Assembly (NCBI GenBank): GCA_032718475.1
Contig: JAUCBJ010007253.1
Location: forward strand, 124,001 to 188,000
From: Nemertoderma westbladi
Taxonomy: Eukaryota > Animalia > Xenacoelomorpha
DNA length: 64,000 bases
Direction of reading: 5' to 3'
In this document: in pieces, positions 55,123 through 64,000 of the stretch
Numbering within the stretch: position 1 is the first letter of the stretch
Layout: each line of letters opens with the position of its first letter
Program-made: the position numbers and the translations under genes
Notes under the pieces: generated by a model
Told to the model about the DNA's origin: nothing
The model's database searches: none
The model's input: only the letters and a program-made list of their open reading frames with translations

Positions 55123-57284
55123 CTACAGTAGTACCTGGTACTACTGTAGTATTATCCGCCTCGGCAACTGGTACTAACTAGCTTCATCCCATTTATACCT
55201 TCGTATACTACGGTAGTATCTGGTGCCTACTGTAGGCACTTAGTATTCGGTATTACATGATGCCGAGTCTGAGTAGAACTGAGTATGGATATATCCAATA
55301 TATCCAACTATATAACCTAATCCAATATTATATGTATAACTGCTTCAGCTTTGTTGTTGACATTGACCTTAAAGTAAGTTGTATAAGCATATTGAAATAA
55401 AAGCATTTAACTAAATAATACTGTTACAAATTTATCCAAATTCTTGAAATTAGTTTATTAGTTTTTAAACATTGGTATTAGATAGTTTTAATACTCATAA
55501 ATTATGATCCCTTATAATAGTTGTACAACATCACTTGTACAAGTCATCTTAACATATGGCATCTCAATAAAATGCAAAACTTCTACCAAACTTAAGGGCG
55601 GTATATTCTGAACACCCGTGCCTTAGGGCCGGTCACCATGGTAAAATGGAACAACGTGAGAGAGAGAACATTTAATGCAGTTTAATTGAGTAATGAGTGC
55701 AGTAATAGTTATTGGTAGATGACATTAACAACATTACACTAGAATTATCTATATACGTTTATTTATTCTACTTTTGAACATATAAATAATGTTTAATATT
55801 GATGTCTCTATCTATCTTAAGGGTAATAAAAAAAATACAATAAATCGTTAGTTTATTATTATTATTTTTTTCACTGGAATTCTGACGTACAAGATTCATG
55901 AATTTAATTAACTAATTAACTATTAATGCGTTACATAATTTAAAACTACAAAATAATATGATTTGTAAATAAAAAAAAGTTGTTGGTTATTGTTGTACGT
56001 ACACTGTTGTTAGTAGCGTTAAAAGACCGCGTTACTGCGTTTCTCACCGTTATCTTATACAGTTTAGGCCTACAACAGTGTGCAGTCATTCCTGGTGGCA
56101 GAAGATAATTATCCTGGTTGTTGGTGTCATTAGTTGTCATTAGTTGTTGGTTGCCGTTTAAAATTATGTTGATCGCAGTCGTATAAAAGCATCTGTCATT
56201 ATCTAGCGTAAATTGCCTTTAATTACATTGCCAAACTACATAGATGCCTTAGTTTGTGTTGCTTTTAATGCTAATAATACTGCCCTATTACCAAATGCGT
56301 ACATTTAAGGCTACCGATAATAAATGAAGCAAGCGAGTTAATAATCTATTAGATACATCACCGCGAACCAACCCTTCATCAAATCTACAGTATAACAGAA
56401 CATTATCGCGGCGTATATCACATAGTGGCCGGATGTTTGGGAAACATTCAGTTTCTATGTAATTTTGAAATATTCACTTTTGTACCACAAGCTGGTATTT
56501 TTTATATAAGTTTCAGTTTGCCATTTCTCAGTAGTGTATTTGGTTGAATATAAATGGTAGTAAATTCATTTTTATTTTAATATAATAATTGAATGAAATT
56601 TTTTATGAAACAATCATTTTTCAATAATTGAATTATTTGACCTACATTTATGGTGTCTATTACACTTTGCACGTCACCATGTATATATTTTTTATATTTT
56701 TAACTCTCAATATTTAAATGTCATTATATAAATTCAACATTACTGAATGAACGTACATTATGGAGCTTGGTATACCAATTTATATCACATATATTACGGA
56801 ATAAAAAAGATCACTGCGTAATTTATCATAACAAGTCCGGTTATCAGTTTAATACTTGGAATATTAGTTACCACTTATTAGCAGACTGTACGGGAACCGC
56901 TCATTTTCTATATACAATTTTTATGCATTTTTAAAATTTCTAAAAATCTGATGCGATTTAAAAAAATCGCTAAAATTTTCCATAAATTCTGAGAGGATGT
57001 GGGAAATTTTCTAATATTAAGTGCAAATCTTTACTTCTTTTATGATCTCTTATAATCGCTTTTATTAAAATTGAGAAATTCTACCAAAAATGTACATTTT
57101 ACCCGCATTTTTCCATCTGCTATAGCGCTTCGCTATGTTAGTTGGCCCTATTGTAAGTAGCTATTAACATAAGAATTATCTGGTACTCGTGTATTTATTT
57201 GTTCTCACTCATTACGATCATTCATTTAACAGACCAATCGGACGGTAATTTTTAATTAGCGTCCTTAATTATTAATGAATAAGG

Positions 57285-57303
57285 CCTCTGATTCCTTCTT
57301 TAG
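57285..57303 (+). other. Probable splice acceptor 23 nt upstream of the paralog B ATG (implies a non-coding 5' exon)
   Basis: Pyrimidine tract plus AG: cctctgattccttctttag|ataaggcc...aaacATG. Confidence 0.5.
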
Positions 57304-57326
57304 ATAAGGCCAATAGTTAATTAAAC

Positions 57327-58183
57327 ATGGGTATTTTATTGAATTATTTATTGTTGTGGTTTCTATGCCTACTGGCTCCCTATTTTCCGGGAATCTTGGC
57401 CGGATCATCAGCTGACCCTATCCGTCATCAGTATTGCATCATCGGTGCCGGGCCAGGGGGTCTCCAGATGGGATATTTCCTGGAAAAATCTCAACGCGAC
57501 TACATTATATTGGAAAGAAACTCAATAAGTGGTTCTTATTTCGAAACTTTTCCGAGACATCGCACTTTGATTTCTATAAATAAAAAGTTCACCGGACAAA
57601 CAAACAAGATGTTCAACGAACGCCACGATTGGAATAGTTTACTATCAGACGATGAATCGATGCTTTTCACTCATTACTCAGACGAAATGTTCCCACACGC
57701 TGATCTCATGGTTAAATATCTAAAGGATTTCGCCGTTAAATTCGATTTAAATATTCGATACAATACAGACATTGTGAGTGTGAACCGTGGGAAATCATAT
57801 ATTACTAAACTTATTACACTAGAAAGCGCAGACAGAGATATGTTTATTTGCGATATTCTGTTGGTTTCTACTGGTTGGTCAAAACCCAACAACGATATCG
57901 GTAACCAAGGAAACAGTTTATTAATCGGCTACGAAGAAATGTCATTAAACGTTTCTGAATATCGGGACAAAGCGGTTCTAATTCTGGGAGCCGGAAACAG
58001 CGGATTCGAGACTGCCAATCACCTACGTTCCGAAGTCGCCTTCATTCACATGTCAGCCCAGAACGACGTGAGATTCTCTGGTCTTACGGGGTATCCTAGC
58101 GACCTGAGATCGCGGAACGCAGAGTTTATTGATCTGTTTCAGTTGAAGTCGTTGTCCGGCGTTGAAACTATACCGATAGCAAA
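57327..58183 (+). CDS. FOXRED2: FOXRED2-like paralog B, coding exon 1
   Basis: Signal peptide MGILLNYLLLWFLCLLAPYFPGILAG and the same FAD/NAD(P) motifs as paralog A. The phase-2 donor GCA AA|gttcgt at 58184 is required to match the acceptor at 61373; the nearby TTC|gtaaga at 58188 would be out of frame. The rest of the ORF-track protein is read-through into repeat. Confidence 0.88.
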
Positions 58184-58217
58184 GTTCGTAAGATTGCATC
58201 TTTATATAAACAATAGT

Positions 58218-61137
58218 GGCCTTACACTGTACAGTACAGTAGGGTGTAGGCCTAAACTGTACAGTACAGTAGGATGTAGGCCTACACTGTACAGTACAGT
58301 AGGATGTAGGCCTACACTGTACAGTACAGTAGGATGTAGGCCCACAATGTACAGTACAGTAGGATGTAGGCCTACACTGTACAGTACAGTAGGATGTAGG
58401 CCTACACTGTACGTGTACAGTACATTAGGATGTAGGCCTACACTGTACAGTACATTAGGATGTAGGCCTACACTGTACAGTACAGTAAGATGTAGGCCTA
58501 CACTGTACAGTACAGTAGGATGTAGGCCTACACTGTACAGTACAGTAGGATATAGGCCCACAATGTACAGTACAGTAGGATGTAGGCCTACACTGTACAG
58601 TAGGATGTATGCCTACACTGTACAGTACAGTAGGATGTAGGCTTACACTGTACAGTACAGTAGGATGTAGGCCCACAATTTACAGTACAGTAGGATGTAG
58701 GCCTACACCGTACAGAACAGTAGGATGTAGGCCTATACTGTACAGTGCAGTAGGATGTAGGCCTACACTGTACAGTACAGTAAGATGTAGGCCTAAACTG
58801 TACAGTACAGTAGGATGTAGGCCTACACTGTACAGTAGGATGTAGGCCTACACTGTACAGTACAGTAGGATGTAGGCCCACAATGTACAGTACAGTAGGA
58901 TGTAGGCCTACACTGTACATTACAGTAGCATGTAGGCCTACACTGTACAGTACAGTAGGATGCAGGCCTACACTGTACAGTACAGTAGGATGTAGGCCTA
59001 CACTGTACAGTACAGTAGGATGTGGGCCTAAACTGTACAGTACAGTAGGATGTAGGCCTACACTGTACAGTAGGATGTAGGCCTACACTGTACAGTACAG
59101 TAGGATGTAGGCCCACAATGTACAGTTAGGATGTAGGCCTACACTGTACAATACAGTAGGATGTAGGCCTACACTGTACAATACAGTAGGATGTAGGCCT
59201 ACACTGTACAGTACAGTAGGATGTAGGTCTAAACTGTACAGTACAGTAGGATGTAGGCCTACACTGTACAGTACAGTAGGATGTAGGCCTACACTATACA
59301 TTACAGTAGGATGTAGGCCTACACTGTACAGTACAGTAGGATGTAGGCCTAAACTGTACAGTACAGTATGATGTAGGCCTACACTGTACAGTAGGATGTA
59401 GGCCTACACTGTATAGTACAGTAGGATGTAGGCCTACACTGTACAGTACAGTAGGATGTAGGCCTACACTGTACAGTAGGATGTAGGCCTACACTGTACA
59501 GTACAGTAGGTTGTAGGAATACACTGTACAGTACATTAGGATGTAGGCCTACACTGTACAGTACAGTAGGATGTAGGCCTACACTGTACAGTAGGATGTA
59601 GGCCTACACTGTACAGTACAGTAGGATGTAGGCCTACTCTGTACAGTACAGTACAGTAGGATGTAGGCCTACACTGTACATTAGGATGTACGCCTACACT
59701 GTACAGTACAGTAGGTTGTAGGCCTACACTCTACAGTACAGTAGGCCTACACTGTACAGTACAGTAGGCCTACACTGTACAATACAGTAGGATGTAGGCC
59801 TACACTGTACAGTACAGTAGGGTGTTGGCCTACACAGTACAGTAGGATGTAGACCTACACTGTACAGTACAGTAGGATATAGGCCTACACTGTACAGTAT
59901 AGTAGGATGTAGGCCTACACTGTAAAGTACAGTAGGATGTAGGCCTACACTGTACAGTACAGTAGGATGTAGGCCTACACTGTACAGTATAGTAGGATGT
60001 AGGCCTACACTGTAAAGTACAGTAGGATGTAGGCCTACACTGTACAGTACAGTAGGTTGTAGGCCTACACTGTACAGTACAGTAGGATGTAGGCCTACAC
60101 TGTACAGTACATTAGGATGTAGGCCTACACTTTACAGTACAGTAGGATGTAGGCCTAAACTGTACAGTACAGTAGGATGTAGGCCTACACTGTACAGTAT
60201 AGTAGGATGTAGGCCTACACTGTAAAGTACAGTAGGATGTAGGCCTACACTGTACAGTACAGTAGGTTGTAGGCCTACACTGTACAGTACAGTAGGATGT
60301 AGGCCTACACTGCACAGTACATTAGGATGTAGGCCTACACTTTACAGTACAGTAGGATGTAGGCCTAAACTGTACAGTACAGTAGGATGTAGGCCTACAC
60401 TGTACAGTATAGTAGGATGTAGGCCTACACTGTAAAGTACAGTAGGATGTAGGCCTACACTGTACAGTACAGTAGGTTGTAGGCCTACACTGTACAGTAC
60501 AGTAGGATGTAGGCCTACACTGTACAGTACATTAGGATGTAGGCCTACACTTTACAGTACAGTAGGATGTAGGCCTACACTGTACAGTACAGTAGGATGT
60601 AGGCCTACACTGTACAGTACAGTAGGATGTAGGCCTACACTGTACAGTATAGTAGGATGTAGGCCTACACTGTACAGCACAGTAGGTTGTAGGCCTACAC
60701 TATACAGTACAGTAGGATGTAGGCCTACACTGTACAGTACATTAGGATGTAGACCTACACTGTACAGTACAGTAGGATGTAGGCCTACACTGTACAGTAC
60801 AGTAGGATGTAGGCCTACACTGTACAGTACAGTAGGATGTAGGCCTACACTGTACAGTACAGTAGGATGTAGGCCTACACTGTACAGTACAGTAGGATGT
60901 AGGCCTACACTGTACAGTACAGTAGGATGTAGGCCTACACTGTACAGTACAGTAGGATGTAGGCCTACACTGTACAGTACAGTAGGATGTAGGCCTACAC
61001 TGTACAGTACAGTAGGATGTAGGCCTACACTGTACAGTACAGTAGGATGTAGGCCTACACTGTACAGTACAGTAGGATGTAGGCCTACACTGTACAGTAC
61101 AGTAGGATGTAAGCCTACGCTGTACAGTACAGTAGGA
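58218..61137. repeat. 30-bp minisatellite (aggcctacactgtacagtacagtaggatgt), about 100 copies with some 25-bp deletion variants, filling intron 1 of paralog B
   Basis: Direct periodicity. The unit is built from the palindromes tgtaggcctaca and actgtacagt. Confidence 0.97.
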
Positions 61138-61373
61138 TTTGCCCTAAATGTAACCCAATGAGGTCTTAGATTCCTACTGTAGACCAAAATCATTCCATAA
61201 ATTATTATCTAAATGACATGGATTTAGATATTAGAAAACAATTTGAATAAATTGTAATATTGATAGAAACAATAAAGTATTTAGTGCATCGTATTTACAC
61301 TGATATTCTGAATTTACACAAAAATAATTGTTGGAAGGTGTACTTATTAATTATACTCAATAAATTCCCATAG

Positions 61374-61820
61374 ATTTAACTTCGTGAAGGACAAAAAAGG
61401 CATGATAGCTATAGTAAATCGTCCGGAACGTAACAAAGCTCTGGTTCCTCCTTACGATTACGTGTTTCGATGTCTCGGTTTCCGAATGGACTTCGATATA
61501 TTTTCCAACGAGACTAAACCCGGCCCTATAAAACGTAACAAGTTCCCTCACATTGACCAGGACTACCAGGCTATCGACCAGACAGGAGATCTCATCGAAG
61601 ATCTCTACGTCATGGGTTCTCTCGCTCATTCTCTCGACTATAAACGAAGCGCGGGGGAGTTCATAGCCGGGTTCCGCTACACAACAAAGGCGTTGCATAG
61701 AATTCTGGAACACCGTTACCATGGTGTCCTGTGGCCATCTACAACGTATAAACTTGACGGTTATTTAACACAACTGGTAAAACGAATAAATGAAATGGCC
61801 GGACCTAACCTTATGTCCGG
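61374..61820 (+). CDS. FOXRED2: FOXRED2-like paralog B, coding exon 2 (FNFVKDKKG...PYDYVFRCLGFRMDFDIF...SAGEFIAGFRYT...RINEMAGPNLMSG)
   Basis: Acceptor ttcccatag| and donor GG|gtaagt. Collinear with the 3' part of paralog A exon 1 and ending at the same position and phase. Confidence 0.92.
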
Positions 61821-62067
61821 GTAAGTGAAATAATAAATTACAGTAGTTTGTTATATAAATAAATATTCGTTTTAATAGTAACATTTACAAAATCAGATGG
61901 TCGAAGTTGCAGATTTGATATTCTTTGGGGTGTGTCCGGTTAATTCGTGTCCGGACATCTCTTCATCGGAATCCGGTCTGTAAATCTGTAATCACCTTAC
62001 TTGAGTTATAGGGCCTAGCTTATTGTTTTGGTTAGAAACTTCCGTCACTGTAACCTGCCCCTTAACC

Positions 62068-62104
62068 GGCCTAACTAAATACTACAGTAGTATTTAGCTA
62101 GGCC
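62068..62104. other. 37-bp near-perfect palindrome in intron 2 of paralog B
   Basis: ggcctaactaaatactac-a-gtagtatttagctaggcc: 18-bp arms with one mismatch. Confidence 0.8.
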
Positions 62105-62303
62105 CTTTAGTGAGTTTTACTATTAATTCTATTTACAGTTAATTCACTGAAGATGTCCACTACATGGATATAATATATCTGGTCGAAATATATCTGGTAG
62201 CGCTTATCTCACTTTTATAAGTAGTTGGGTTATATTACTTTCTAGCATCCCGGTAATTACTGTGTTTCGCGTTGGAATTGTTATCTATTTGTTTTCTTTG
62301 TAG

Positions 62304-62434
62304 AACATTGGGAGATATATTGATAGTAAATGACGACGATTCGCTCAGTAATAATGGAAATAATGGATGGCCCTCAATAACTCATTTGGAAAATTTTCCT
62401 GTCAAATTACTTCATAGATTGGAGGAAATCACAG
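62304..62434 (+). CDS. FOXRED2: FOXRED2-like paralog B, coding exon 3 (GTLGDILIVNDDD...HLENFPVKLLHRLEEITG); gene probably continues beyond the window
   Basis: Acceptor ttttctttgtag| and donor ACAG|gtgata. 131 bp, with the same intron positions and phases as paralog A exon 2. Confidence 0.88.
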
Positions 62435-62483
62435 GTGATAAACATGCTGGTGTACAAAGCGGAGATAACTCCCACTAGAAATG

Positions 62484-62706
62484 ACTCCCCAGTTATCTCA
62501 GCATATGCTGAGAACACTCCCCAGTTATCTCAGCCTAGGCTGAGAACACTCCCCAGTTATCTCAGCCTAGGCTGAGAACACTCCCCAGTTATCTCAGCAT
62601 AGGCTGAGAACACTCCCCAGTTATCTCAGCCTAGGCTGAGAACACTCCCAGTTATCTCAGCATAGGCTGAGAACACTCCACAGTTATCTCAGCCTAGGCT
62701 GAGAAC
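62484..62706. repeat. 32-bp minisatellite, 7 copies (actccccagttatctcagcctaggctgagaac)
   Basis: Copies start at 62484, 62516, 62548, 62580, 62612, 62644 and 62675. The core is the 18-bp palindrome tctcagcctaggctgaga. Confidence 0.95.
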
Positions 62707-62715
62707 GGTAATGGT

Positions 62716-63190
62716 AAAAAATATTGAGAGTAAAAATAACGAGAGTAAAAATATCGAGAGTAAAAATAACGAGAGTAAAAATAACGAGAGTAAAAATATC
62801 GAGAGTAAAAATAACGAGTGTTGAAAATTAACGTGATTAAAAAATATCGAGAGTAAAAATAACGCGAGATGAAAAATATCGAAAATAACGAGTGTTGAAA
62901 AATAACGAGTGTTGAAAAATATCGAGAGTAAAAATATCGAGTGTTGAAAAATATCGAGAGTAAAAATATCGAGAGGAAAAATATCGAGTGTTGAAAAATA
63001 TCGAGAGTAAAAATATCGAGTGTTGAAAAATATCGAGAGTAAAAATATCGAGAGTAAAAATATCGAGAGCAAAAATATCGAGTGTTGAAAAATATCGAGA
63101 ATAAAAATATCGAGAGTAAAAATATCGAGTGTTGAAAAATATCGAGAGTAAAAATATCGAGAGTAAAAATATCGAGTGTTGATCGAGTGT
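62716..63190. repeat. Mixed 15/17-bp tandem repeat (aaaaatatcgagagt / aaaaatatcgagtgttg)
   Basis: Direct reading: two interleaved unit types, more degenerate toward the left end. Confidence 0.93.
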
Positions 63191-63876
63191 TTTAATCTGC
63201 ACCCCAACCCAAAGGCGTACATAAGATTGATGGCAGAGAGGTGTTGGTTGGAAATGGTTGGACTGGTTCCCAGTTAGGCAATCCAATAGCAAGCACACCT
63301 GTGGAATGAGGGAGCTGGAAGTATAGGGTGTGGAGAGGCAGGGAATTTTAATAAGTTAATTACGTTTAGATCAATTAAAAACTTAAAGCAAATCACTTGA
63401 TCCAATTAGAAACTATAATGGAGTGGGGTATGGGGATTATAGTTTTTGAGAATAATTGTTTAACTCTTATACTAGAAAATAATTAATTTCCATTAAAAGG
63501 GCAAACAGAAAATGCTGTTTTTCACCGTAATCAACTTAATTATCTCATTTACTGCTTCTCCTCGAAGGCCACACGTAAATTCTATTTTGAAAATTTCTAA
63601 ACATTCGCCACTACTACTACTACTACTATTACAATAATCGGCCTGCTGCATTGAAACTGAACATTGAGCTAAGCTGAACATTGCCGGCTTAACAAAAATA
63701 TTTTGTCACTACTATGCAATCCACAATTAGTAAGCCCAATGCAGCCTGCATTAAGAATGCTATGCCGGCTATTAAACAAAGTTGCACCGCCACAACTCCC
63801 TATACCCCCATGACTTTCCCGAGATTATCCACATCTTCAGGGCCAGTGTCCTTTATGAGGCGTCTTAAGAAAGTCA

Positions 63877-64000
63877 TAATAATAATAATATTGGTTATTT
63901 ATATAGCGCTTTTCTACGCTCAGCATACTCAAAGCGCTTTAATTATCATTACCCCAGCAAAGCCAGTCAAGCGGTATAATGTTCCCAATATACCGCTGGG
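63877..64000 (-). mobile_element. Probable 3' end of a SINE or L2/CR1-type LINE (stem-loop plus (TAT)n tail)
   Basis: The minus strand reads ...aaagcgctttgagtatgctgagcgtagaaaagcgctatataaataaccaatattattattattat. The aagcgct...aagcgctatataaat hairpin followed by a short tandem tail is characteristic of L2-clade and related SINE 3' ends. Confidence 0.55.

Noticed and set aside
52733-55181. Long ORFs (538, 486 and 657 aa) with mucin-like or Cys/Tyr-rich repeats
   Set aside because: They are overlapping frames on both strands of a 33-bp (3n) stop-poor minisatellite, with no unique N- or C-terminal domain and no codon-position bias in the variants.
55946-56140. 64-aa ORF (and the 62-aa ORF at 63493-63681)
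   Set aside because: Short and low-complexity, with no recognisable motif or supporting splice structure.
58202-61193. Many short repeat ORFs (LYSTVGCRPT, VLYSVGLHPT) and the repetitive tail of the 437-aa ORF
   Set aside because: They are translations of the intronic 30-bp minisatellite; 25-bp variants break the frames, and FOXRED2 homology resumes at 61374.
62689-63298. ORFs with TRYFYSRYF / LDIFTLDIF repeats
   Set aside because: They are translations of the 15/17-bp tandem repeat, antisense within an intron of paralog B.

Overview
Eukaryotic, intron-containing, AT-rich DNA, most likely from an invertebrate animal. Positions 1-49289 are a single satellite array of roughly 540 copies of a 90/91-bp dimer (47/48-bp A unit plus 43-bp B unit). 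Positions 49.3-64 kb hold two divergently transcribed FOXRED2-like (ER flavoprotein) paralogs. Paralog A is on the minus strand (exons 52440-51140, 50982-50873, 49453-49252) and paralog B is on the plus strand (exons 57327-58183, 61374-61820, 62304-62434); both appear to continue outside the window. The region also contains two decayed LINE fragments and four smaller tandem arrays. Main discovery: the satellite monomer is a copy of paralog A's own exon-3/intron-3 junction, namely the last 38 coding nt (YYYKTLPNSEDI-R) plus the first 9 intron nt including the GT donor. The gene therefore appears to carry a >49-kb intron built by about 1000-fold amplification of its own 5' splice site, with hundreds of intact decoy donors and a visible gradient from exon-like to derived monomers. 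The paralogs also share a sharply bounded near-identical tract of about 590 bp (probable gene conversion) and differ by one intron.
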